The translations under genes and the position numbers were made by a program. Positions 22,801 to 34,800 of a DNA stretch of 64,000 nucleotides are shown here, in pieces (the stretch's first letter is position 1; every line of letters starts with the position of its first letter). The notes beneath the pieces were generated by a model that ran no database searches, was not told the DNA's origin, and saw only the letters and a list, made by a program, of their open reading frames with translations. The DNA comes from Vicugna vicugna (taxonomy: Eukaryota). The stretch spans positions 3,995,668-4,059,667 of the forward strand of contig MU057887.1 of the NCBI GenBank assembly GCA_013265495.1. The letters run 5' to 3'.

Positions 22801-25800
22801 AGAGAGAACTCCGTAGCTCTTCAGCACAGAACAGCCCAGGAGAGCAGCTCCTCAAGTGCACAGCACGGCAACGCCGGCGAGCTGCCCCCATGGGGCCTCG
22901 CCTGAAGTGTGCTCAGTGCAGATCCATCCTCAGGGTCCTCCTCGGCCTTGCCCTTGGGTCTCTGCTCCCAGGAAGCTGAAATCACTTTACATTTAAATCT
23001 CAGTCCCTGAAGGAGCCAGCCTTGGAGCTGGGCCTTAGGTGCTGATGCCGCGGGAGCCCTCCCAGCACTGGGGAGGCGGCGGGGCTCAGCTCTTGACTGC
23101 AGAACCATGTGTGGGTCAGAGGGCCATCATAAGACCTCATTTCCTGTCCTCTCCTCAAAGAAAATTTTCTCTCTCCCACTCCCCCTTTTCACTTTTATTT
23201 TACTGTGGCAAAATATACGCAACGTAAAGGTTAACATTTTAGTAACCTTTAAGCGTGCAGCTCAGTGGCGTTAAGTGCATTCGTTGTTGTGTAGCTACCA
23301 CCACGATCCATTTCCGGGACTTTCTCATCTTCCCATACTCTTTTAAACACACTTCCCATGCCCCGCCCCCGGCCCCTGGCCTTCTGTTTTCCGTCTCTGA
23401 ATTTGACTCCTCCGAATGCCTGTGTTGGTGGGCTCATACAGTGTGTGTCCTCTTGTGTCTGGCTCATTTCACTGAGCATCATGTCCTCCAGGTTCATCGG
23501 TGGCGTAGCGCCCGCTGTACTTCCCTTCCTTTTGAGGCTGAATGGAATTTCACAGTGTGGATATAGTACACTGTGTTTATCCATTCATGCGTTGGTGGAC
23601 ACTCGGGTTGCTTCTGCATTTTGGCTGTTTTTACTAACGCGTCTATAAACATGGATGCGCAAACGTGTGCTAGAGCCCCGGCGTTCACTTGTTCTGAGTA
23701 TATACCTAGAGGTGAGATTGATGGGTCAGGTAGTAGTTCTGTGTTCAACTCTTTGAGGTGCCCACAAACTGTTGTCCACGGTGGATACCCTGTTTCACAT
23801 TCTTACCAGCAGTCTATGAGGGTTCCAGCTTTTCCACTTTCCTCCAACTACAGTTTCCATTTTTTTTGATAATACCATCTTAATGGGTGTGAGGTGGTAT
23901 CTCATTGTGTCTTGACTTGTGTTTGCCTGATGATTAGTGATGTTGAGCACCTTTTCCTGGGCTTTGTACATCGTCTTTGGAGAACTGTCTGTTACAGTCC
24001 TTTGCCCTTTTTGAATTGGGTGTGTTTGATTTTGGTTGTTGAATTGAAGGAATTCTTTATATATTCTAGATGTTAAACTCTTAGATATTTGATGTGCAAA
24101 CATTTCCTCCCATTCTGTGAGTTATCTTTTTATTGTCTTGATAGTGTTCTTTGATACACAAAAGTATTAAATTTTGATAAAGTCCAAGTTATCTATTTTT
24201 TTCTTTTATTGCTTGTACACTTGATTCCGTACCCAAGAAATCATTGCCAAATCCACTGTTATGAAGTTTTCCTGTTTTCTTCTATGAGTTTTATAGTTTT
24301 ACGTCTACCAAGTCTTTGATCCATTTTGGGTTCATATATAAATGTAGTGTAAGGTAAGGGTCCAGCTTCATTCTTTTGCATGTGGATGTCCAGTTTTCAC
24401 AGCACAATTTGTCTTCTTTTGTTTTTTATATAAGTTTCACGTGTACATTGTATTTCTACTTTTGTATACCCTACAGTCAACTACTGGAAATTTAGTTTAC
24501 GTCCGTCACTATGCAGCTGATCTCTTTTACCCATTTCATCCTCCCCCCGCCACCCCACCACCCCTTACCACTGGTCGTCACTACTCTGTTCTCTGTATCT
24601 GCATATTTGTTTTTGTTTGGTTTCTTTATTTAGTTTGTCTTATATTCCACATATGAACAAAATCATACAATATTTGTCTTTCTGACTTATTTCACTTAGC
24701 ATAACACCCCCAAGGTCTATCCATGTTGTTGCAAATGGCAAGATTTCATTCTTTTTATGGCTGAGTAATATTCCATTGTGTGTATATACCACATCAGCTT
24801 TATCCAGTCATCTGTTGATGGGCACTTAGATTGTTTCCACATCTTGTTTATTGTAGATAATGCTTCAGTGAGCATGGGGTTGGGGCATATATCTTTTCAA
24901 GTTAGTATTTTCGTGCTCTTTGGAGAAGTACTCAGGAGTAGAATTGTTGGATCATGTGGTAGTACTATTCTTAATTTTTTGAGGAACCTCCATTCTGTCC
25001 TCCACAGTGGCTGCACCAATTTACATTCCCACCAACTACAAGTGTAGGAGGGTTCCCTTTTCTCTACCTCCTCACGAACATTTATTATTTATTTCAGCAC
25101 CGTTTGTTGAAAGGACTTTCTTTTCCCATTGAGTGGTCTTGGCATCCTTGTTGAAAATAAATGGACCATATGTGTGAGGATCTATTTCTGGACTCTGTTC
25201 AGTTCTGTTGGTCTGTATGTGTGTCCTTATGCCAGTACCACAGTCTTTTGATTACTATAGCTTTCTTTGTTGGAAGTTTTACAATTGGGAAGTGTGAGTC
25301 CTCCAACTTTGTTCTTTTTCAGAATTGTTTTGGCTTTTGGGATCCCTTAACATTCCAAATGAATTTTAGGATGAGGTTTTCTGTTTCTACAAAAAAAAAA
25401 AAATGCCGTTGGAATTTTGATAGAGGTTATATTAACTCTTGTAGGTCCCTTTGAGTAATATTGTCATCTTAACAAAATGAAGTCTTCTAGTTTATGAACA
25501 CAGATGTCTTTCCATTTTCTGTTTCTACAAAAAAAAAATGCCGTTGGAATTTTGATAGAGGTTATATTAACTCTTGTAGGTCCCTTTGAGTAATATTGTC
25601 ATCTTAACAAAATGAAGTCTTCTAGTTTATGAACACAGATGTCTTTCCATTTATTTAGGTTTTCTTTAATTTCTTTCAGCAATATTTTATAGTTTTCAGT
25701 GTGTAAGTGCTTATAAGTCTTTCATTTTTTAGGTTTAATTTATTCCTAAGTATTTTATTCTTCTGGATGGTCTGCAGATGGAATTTTTTTCTTGTTTTTT

Positions 25801-28800
25801 GGATTGTTCATTGTTACTGTGTAGAAATGCCGCTGTTCTTTTTTGTTTTGTTTTGGGGGGAGGCAATTAGGTTTATTTACTTATCTTTTTAATGGAGGTA
25901 CTAGGGATTGAACCCAGGACCTTGTGCGTGCTAAGCATGTGCTCTGCCACTGAGCTGCTGTGCCCTCCACCTGCAACTGATTCTTGTGTGTTGATTTTGT
26001 ATCCTGGGACTTTGCTGAAATTATTTATTAGCTCTGACAGTTTATGTGGAATCTGTAGAATTTTCTGCGTATAAGACTGTGTCATCTGTGAAAAGAGATA
26101 ATTTTACTTCTGCCTTTTATTTCTTTTTATCACTTGATTGCTCTGGCTGGAACTTGCGGTGCAGTGTTGGAGGGCAGTGGCGAAAGGGGCGTCTGTGCCT
26201 TCTTCCTGATCTCACCGTCGAGTGTGGTGTTTGCTATGGGCTTGTCACAGATGCCCTTTGTCATGCTGGGGAAGTTTCCTTTGCTCCTAATTTATTAAGT
26301 GTTTTTATCAAGAAAATTTGTTGAATTTTGCTGAATGCTAAATGCTTTTTCACAATCAGTTGAGATGAATATGTGGTTTTTGTTCTTCACTTCTTTAATG
26401 TGGTATATTACATTGATTGATTTTCATATGTCAGTCCATTGTTGCGCTCCGGGAATATAAATCCTGCTTGGTCATGGTGTATAATCCTTTTCGTATGCTG
26501 CTGAATTTGGTTTGTTATTTTTTTAAATTATTTGGGGGGGGGGTAATTAGTTCTGTCTGTCTGTTTAATGGAGGTATTAGGGATTGAACCCAGGACCTCT
26601 TGCACACTAGGTACACCCTCTACCACTAAGCTATACCCTTCCCCACCTCCTCCCCACCCCGGCTTCTTAGTATCTTGTGAAGGATTTTTACATTAGTGTT
26701 TGTAAAGGGATATTGGTCTGTAGTTTTCTGCTCTTGTGATGTCTGCGGTATCAGGGCCATACTGGCCTCATGGAACGAATTAGGTGTGAGGTGCTCCCTC
26801 CTCTCTTAAGTTTTTGGGAGAGTTTGAGAAGGACTGATGTTATTAATTCTTCTTTAAACGTTTGGCAGAATTCACCAGTGAAGCCCTGTAGTCTGGGCTT
26901 GTCTTTGTCGGGAGGTGGGTACTTTGTGTTGAAGACAAGGCAGCGCGGCGAAGCCCCCTCCCAGGTCACCCGAGGTCACACAGACAGAGACGGTGAAGCT
27001 GAGATTGTGCCTATCTTTCTGTGGAGGAGGAGGACTGCGTGGAGCTGAGGGCCTCCTTCTGTCAGCAGCTCCCAGCTTCCTGGTGTGCAGGGAGGGCTCA
27101 CGCGCACACACTGCACCCACCCTGTCTCCCCTGCACACCCCTTCCCCTTCCACATGGGCAGCAGATGGTCTGGGTGTGAGGTGGCTATGTCACCACTCCC
27201 AGCTGGCGTCGCACTGCCGTCTTCACGGGCGGGTGTGTGTGGTGGGGTGCAGCTCCCCACTCAGCCTGCTCTGCGACTTCAGCCTGGAGCTTGGGTTTGG
27301 GCCCCTCTGGGAAGTGTCTCCACGCGCACCTCCTGATTTCACGACTCCACTGGATAGAGTCCCAGGGGTTGGAGAATTTCGCACTCCCAGGAGCTTGTGG
27401 GTCAAAGATAGTCATAAAGGAAGAATGATTAAAGTACTGTGTAGCAACATGTGTCGATGGTGGATTTTACAGGGGAATGCGCAGCCTTAAAAAGACACGC
27501 TGGAAAAGGAGAGGCTGAGGGTTCATGGGTTAAGCTTCCAATTTAAGGACAAAAGCATAAACCCACAGGAAGTGGTCAGATAAGAGCAAAGATGAGACAG
27601 AAACAAAGCCCCCGGCTGGATGGAGGTGGAAGGCATGTGGCTCTTTGCCGAAGTTTCTAAGGGCACTGGGTCTGGACGGTCAGGAGATAGTGGAAACGGT
27701 GCTCGCGCTTCAGGAGACCAGCCTGAGGGCTTCCCTCCGCCCCCAGGACCTGTTCTTTAAGTACACCTGGAATAACTTCTTGCACCTCCAAGTGGAACTG
27801 TGCATAGCTGCGATCCTGTCCCACGCTGCCTGGAAGGACAGGGCCGAGGCCAGTGGACCTGAGGGCAGGCTGGAGCCTCCACCCCTCAGCGGGGACCCAG
27901 AGACCCCCCAGCCTGCTGCCAGCTGCCCCGAGAACACGATGGTGACCCATGTAAGTCCAGCTAGTGTCCGTGCATCCTGTGCGTCACCGTGTGCTGAGTC
28001 CCCCCAGACCGTGTGGCGGTACCGTTGATGTGGGCCGTTGTGGCCAGCACGGCCCTGGCCCTTGTGTGTTTTCTCCTCTGACCCTCATGTGACTTGGGGG
28101 TGCTGCTCCCCTTTTTCACACAAGACCAGAAGTCACAAGGAAAGTGTCCATGTCTGCCCAGGCCCCCAGAGCTAGTGGAGCAGAGGGGTGGGGGTGAGCA
28201 GCCGCGCCGTCAGGAATGTGCTCAGGAGACAGCATGAACGTGTCGCTTCTCACGGGAAGACTTTCTGGGACTGTGAGCCTCATGGATCCTCTGCGTGACA
28301 CTCCTTTTTCCTCCTGGGCACGTCCTTTCGCCTGAGCGCACTCTGGACGCTCACCCCGGGGCCGCCTGCACGCCGCCGTGTGCTCTTGGGCCTTCCCAGG
28401 GCTGTGGGCAAGAGCACACCTGCGTCCCTGGGGACTGTGTCCCCAGTGGGGAGGGAGCAGGTACGTGGGAGGGTGGAGCACGTGGCACAGACCATCCCCC
28501 AGCTGGAGAGCCCCTGTGAACAGAGGAGGGTCGTGGGGGTTGGCCCTGCCCCTCACCGGGCTGGCTTTGAGGCTCAGACAAGAGGGCTTGGAGGGGGTGC
28601 TGAAGGGCTGCTCCTGCCTGCCGTGGCCCGTGTTGCTGGGTATCTACGGGCCTGAGCTGGTCGATGGCCAACGGGGTGAATAGCCGGGGTGGGTGGTTTC
28701 AGTGCTGAGAGCCACATGGCGGAGGGAGGGGGCAGGGGCCATTCAGGCCAGGGAGTGATCCCCACCCAGATGAAGAGGCCACAGTTGTGTGAGTGGGGGG

Positions 28801-31800
28801 GTGCGATTTGGATCCCAGAACAAAAATCCCAGGTGCCTGGAGCCACAGGGCCTGGGAGCAAGTGAGCACAGGGCCCTGGCCTTCCTGCTGGGCAGAGGAG
28901 GTGGGAGAGCCGCCAGAGCAGGGTGGGAAGCTAGGGGAGGCTGGAGGAGGCCGAAGAGAATGGAACTGTTCTCTTTCGACCCTGGTCTTGATGGGGAAGG
29001 CCCTCGGCAGTGCCTGCCGGGTGTCTGGTGGGGACGGCAGGGCCGGGCTGTCGTGCTGTCACTGCCCACGGGGGACTTGGGGCTGGTGTGTCTCCTTGCT
29101 GCCTGCTAAGCCCACTTGGCCCAGGGGCAGTGGAAGGGGGTGTGCACCCCTGCTGGCCTGACTGGTGTTGCCTGTCTCCCAGCTGTTCCAGAAGTGTTGT
29201 CTGGTCCAGAGGATCCTGGAGGCCTGGGAAGCCAACGACCACACACAGTGAGAACCCCTGGGGCTTGGGTGGGGCTCTGGGGCTCTGAGGAAGGTTTGTT
29301 TGCATGGAAGGGTCCTGCTTCTCATGGCCTCCTGCCCCAGCCCCTGGCTCCCTGAGCCCCTGCTCCTCTACTCCACTGTCCTTTGGCAGAGACCCCATGT
29401 CCCAGTGTGTCCCGAATCTCATCATCTCCCCATCCCAGCCTCCGGCCACTCCTCTCACTGAACTCCCGAGTCCTTGAAAGAGTGCTCTGGGCCACTCCTG
29501 CTTTCTTCCTGCCCCACTGGCCTTCTGATGCCTGAGCAGCTGGGATTGTTCTGAAACTAGCAGGTGGTGTCACCCCTGCTTGAAAGTCTCAAATGTCTAG
29601 ATCCCAGGTGTGCCACAGGGTCCAGGGTTGGCAGCCCCAGCCCACTGTGTTCCCGCTCTGCCTGACCAAGGGCTGCTCCTGGGGGCTCCCAGCCTCACCT
29701 AGCTCCCCGCACGTCCCACAGTCACTGAGCCACAACGAGCAGGGTGGGGCCACCCGGCCTCCCCCTCGGCCCTGGTCTGTGCGATCGATGCCCAAGGGGC
29801 TGGTGCCGAGCCTGCTCGTGTAAGTGTTGCATGTTGGCGCACGCATGTGCGGCAGTGTCAGGGAGGGGTCCCTGAGCCACAGTAGGCTGTGGGCAGGCTT
29901 ATGAGCCTGGATGCCTCCATGCCTCAGCCCTGGCCAGCTGCTCCCAGGCCTCCCCCTCATCCCAGCTTCACCTGTGGACCAGGTCGTCGCGGTCCCTCCT
30001 CCCTGCCTCTGCCAGGCTGGCCACCGACTCAGGACCACCTTCACTCCCTCTTCTGGGCGTGGCCAGGCTCTCGGGAGGGAGGTGGGAAACAAGCCCCATG
30101 AGTGCTGGGGCTTGGGGGCGGCCACTCTGAAATGTGTCAGCATCTGGCGTCTTTCCTGACGCGCCGGGGAGTTTAAGACTTGCTCTTCTGTTGGGTCACA
30201 TGTGGGACGAGTGAGAAGTTGAGGGCAGAGCCATGTGTTCATGGCCACATGGGACACAGGTAGACAGAGGGCAGGACGTGTACTTCTGCCGGCTGCTGGG
30301 TTCCGTGTTGCTCTCAGTCCTCACCAGGAACTGGGGATACTCTGGGTCAGCACTCGCAGCACTGACTGGCCCACTGGCCTGGGCTCAGCCCCGGCCACGC
30401 CCGTTCTCTGGTCCATCCGTGCAGGGGTGGGAGCGGCGCCTGCCCGTTTGCACTTCTCAGTAGTGAGATTAGAGTGATGTTGGCATCTAGTAGGCGCTCT
30501 CCAAAAATAAGTGTCCCGGAGGCCAGGCCGTGGTGCGGAAGCTGGTTGGAAGGTGGTCCTGGGCGAGGCCTGCCCTGAAGTGCGGTTGTCTCTCAGGGCA
30601 GCAGGCGGCATGAGGCGTGGGAACATGGGCCACCTCACCCGGATTGCCAACGCGGTGGTACAGAACCTGGAGCGGGGCCCCATGCAGACCCCTGTCAGCG
30701 AGGTCATCCAAGGTGAGTGCCTCCGGGTGGCAGGAGCCCTGTTCCAGATGTTGCTGCCAGAGGCTGCCCTGCACCTGCCTCCTGCTCTCTGCCCTCGAGC
30801 CCCTCAGCTGGCGGTACTGCACTGGAACCGAGACAGAGGGCTCCCCTTCCCACCTGGGCTCTCCTGTCGGGTGAGCCTGGCGCTGGGTGTCAGTTCTGAG
30901 GGGCAGATGTCTGGAGCCCCTGCCACAGTCATGGCTCTGGTTCCCCTGCATCCCGCACCCCCTGCGTCTGCCCGCACGCCTGCTGCTGCCCCAGCGTCCA
31001 GCTCTTCTCTGCACTCGGGGCTTGGCCTGGGTGCAGGGCCTCTGTCTCTTAGAGCAGCCGAGGGGCCTGGACAGAGGCAGCCTGTCCTAGCCAGGCCTTC
31101 TCTGCCCCACAGACTTCCTCTCATCACGACCCGCCAGTCCCCCCCCCAAATCTGGGGGCTGCCACCTGTACCTCTTCCTAGCCCTCACACATCCTGGGCA
31201 CACGGTCTGCAGCCCCCAGGCATCTGGCTTCCTGGGCTGAGCTGGGGAGGGCTCCAGGGGGTCTCAGTTCAGACAGATGGTGGGCAGCTTAGAGGGGCCT
31301 CGCTGGGGAGGACGCCTGGCCAGCCTGTACAGGGTGTGCTGGGTGCCAAGAGGGACAGATAATCGGGGCAACCAGGAGGGCCTGAGGGTGACATCCAGTG
31401 GGCCCCAAGGGCATGGCGGGTAGTCACACTAGCTTCACAGCCACGATGGTTTGCCCCCGGTCCCATGTGGGGGCCTGAGAACAGGGCTGCCCAGGGTGAG
31501 ATAGATGCCAGAAAGTGCGCAAAGGATTGAGCAGGCCCACGGTGGGTGTGAGCGACGGGCTCAGCATGCCTTCTGGGGAAGGCGTGGGAGGTGCTGGGTC
31601 TGTCCCTGTCCTGTGGCCGCAGCAGCTCTTTTCCCCCGTGGCCCCTGGGGCAGCTGTCAGGTTGTGGAGCCAGGATGAGCTGCCGCTTCCGTCCCAGGGC
31701 TTAGCTGGCTGCCTTCTCTGCAGGGCTCCCTGAAGACTGCCGTGGGCGGTGGGACAGCTTCGTGGAGGAGACACTGACGGAGGCCAACCGCAGGAATGCG

Positions 31801-34800
31801 GTGGACCTGGTGAGCAGCCTGGGTGGCGCTGACCGGTGCTGCGGCCTCAGGCCCTGGGCCTGTCAAGGGTGCGGCCCCTGCAGCCCTCTGAGCGGGGCAG
31901 TATCAGCCTTTTGGTTCTTCCCTGGCCTGTGCTCCTGGGGCTCCGGTGTGCCCTGCACAGGGAGGGCAGGTCGGCCGTGGCCCTGGGCCCACCCGTCTGG
32001 CTGTTGCAGGTCAGCACCCACCACCTTCACCCCTCCAGCGAGGATGAGGACATGGAGGGCGTTTTCCCCAGCGAGCTGTCCCTTCAGCAGGTGCGTGTGG
32101 CCAGGCCCTGCGCCCCTGCAGCCGGGCCCCCACCACCATACTCTGGGCAGCGCTTAGGCCTTGAGGGTGTCCCGCTCCCTGGAGTGTCACCAGATGGCCT
32201 CGGCAGGACGAGGGAGAGGCGAGCACTGATCCCCGCGCCCCTGGTCCAGCTTGTGCAGGAACTGGGGAGTTAGGGCCCCTAGAGCCGTTTTACACTGGTG
32301 AGACCTTTGGGGACGTGGTGGGCGAACTGAAACTTACGAGTTAGGATGAGGCCACCTGCGAGCATGCGCCGTGGGGGTCAGGGTTTGGGAGAAGCTGCTA
32401 CAGCATCAGTGGCTCCCTCCCCAGGCGTTCTCTGAGTACCAGGTCCAGCAGATGACGGCCACCTTTGTGGACCAGTTTGGCTTCAGTGACGAGGAGTTTG
32501 CCGAGCAGGACGACAGCGTCAAGTGAGCCCAGCAGCACGCGCCCGCCTCCCTCACGCCGGGCCCCACTTGAACCTCCGCTGCTGCCCGCTCCCCCGTCTT
32601 CAGTCCCTGCAGAACAGAGCTGCCCTCGGCTCAGTGTGACCAGGTCCCAGCCCTGTGGCTCGGCCGTCCCTGGCCTTAGAGGCCGTCACACCATTTCCTC
32701 GGCTAGAAGCCAAGTGTGACCCCACTGCGCGGAGCTGCCAGGGGAGGTTGGGCTGAGTTCAGCCCCCGAGACACCTTCGGGGGAGGCAGGCTGTTGCCAT
32801 GCAGACCGGGAACCCGGAGTGGCCGGGTGGAAGTTATCCCCAGGCTGCTCCATCCAGAGGTTGGAAGAGAGCCTGAGAGCCTGAGGAGGGGAGCCCTCCC
32901 CCGACCCCCACCTGCAGACACTCACCTGGGCTTGGCCCAGAGCCCTGGCCTCCTCTGCCTTTGCCTCCCTCGGATCTGCCTCCCCTCCCTCCTGGTGCAC
33001 AAGGGATGGGGACGAGCCCCCGTGGGGTGACGCGTGTCCCTGTTTGCCCAGTGCCCCGTTTGACAGGATTGCAGATATAAGCTTCAGTGTGGACGCTGAC
33101 GAGGACAGCGTGAGTCCATGGTGCTCCTTGGGGGTGGACAGGGTGTGCGGGCCAAGGGCCGCGGGGCCATGTGCGCTCTCCTGCAGCCTGGCGCAGCTCT
33201 GTTCGAGGCCTGCTGCAGCGACCACATTCAGCCCTTTGACGAAGAGGATGACCTCTGGGAGGATGAGGAGCCGCACCATGCCGCCCGTGTGACCAGAGCC
33301 AGGTGGGCCCTGGGGCCACGCGAGCACCAGCCCTGCCTGGCCACACGTCCCGGGTGTGCGGGCAGCGCTGCTTTGGGGCCCCGCTGTGCTGAGCACGCGT
33401 CTCCTCGCAGGTTTGGGGGCCCTCGTGCTTCAGAGAGCTGCTCAAAGGATGGCCTGGAGCGTGGAGTCCAAGTCGGGGAAGGGAGCCTGGGAGCAGATGG
33501 GGATGCCGTGCGGGCAGGCGCCTCTTGGGCCGTTGCCCCGACGGAGGGTCCTTGTGCTGAGGGTGGCTCGAAAGGTAGATGGTGGAGCCGTGGGTGCAGG
33601 CTGAGCAGAGGAGACATGGGTGGGGACACAGGGACTGGGGATTTGGTGCCCTGGCCCGTGTGTGGCAGCAGCTGCTGTGGGCCTGACACCCTCTGGCCCC
33701 ACTGCACGTGGTTTCCAACAAGCTCCTGTGCCCCTGACCCTGGTGACACGGGGTTGGTGGGAAATACTTTGGCTCAGCCCTTGGTGGCCCCCTGCTCTGT
33801 CACATCACACATCGAGGCTGGTGTCCTTTAATCTCATTGGGGAAGGTGCCCCCATCCACAGTGGGTCACGTCTGGGCTGCAGGGCTCCGAGGGTGGGCGG
33901 GGCCCACTGCTGGTCAAGGGGCCTAGACCAGTGCGTCTTCTCAACAGGAGCCACGTGGCCAGTGTTTGATGAGCCAGTGAACTCGGCCGCCTCGGTCCCA
34001 GGAGTGGCGGTGGACGTGGGTTCCAGCGTGTGGGCGGTCAGTGCCCCCAGCGCCTCAGCTCCAGAGGAGAAAGGCTGGGCCAAGTTCACTGACTTCCAGC
34101 CTTTCTGCTGGTGAGGCAGGGTGGCCGGGAGGCAGCCCTGGCTGTGTGGGGGCCAGGTCTCCCTGACGTGGTCTCAGTGTTAGCCTCGTCTACAGCTCTG
34201 AGTCGGGGCCCAGATGCAGTTCTCCGGTGGACATGGGTCCTAGCGATGCCCAGGGTAGCCTGAACCAGGGCCCAGAGAGAACACGTGAGTAGGGCGGCCC
34301 CACGGACAGGGGAGTGGCAGGAGGTGGCCAAGGCCCTGGGTCACTGTGTCTCCCTGGTGATACTGAGGTTTGCATCACATCTGGGGACTGGACTGCCCCT
34401 CGGAGCTCAGGTCTGACTGACCAGCCAAAACCTGTCTGTGTTGCCAGGCCCCCGGGTGGGCAGTGAGGGCCTTCCCGACCAGGCCAGTCTCCCCAGGCCT
34501 TGCTGCCATCCAGGTGTGGGTGGTAGGTGTGCACCGTGCTGCTTCGATGCCTGTCCTGGGGCCAATACAGAGCCCCTGGCCCTGAGCCCCAGTCCCCCTG
34601 TCAGACTGAGAAGCCCTCCAGGATGTCAGGGTCCCATGGGGAGGGACCAGGAGTCACAGGCTGAGTGGCGGTCCTCCCTGCAGGGGAGCAGTCTCTCCCT
34701 GCAGTTCCCGTGAACACGCAGATGCACGGTGGGCACGGTGCGTGCCTGTCCCCATGTCATAGGCTGAAGTTCTTGCATGTTCCACCCTGGCCCACACAGG

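Larger units (their letters stand above)
23190..26915 (-). mobile_element. Long antisense L1 (3' UTR to RT region) with nested L1, two SINEs and an internal duplication
   Basis: Minus-strand ORF2 motifs ([35 protein letters not shown]). Confidence 0.85.

Noticed and set aside
30511..31362. 283-aa plus-strand ORF
   Set aside because: PPP6R2 exon 11 with intronic read-through and no credible start.
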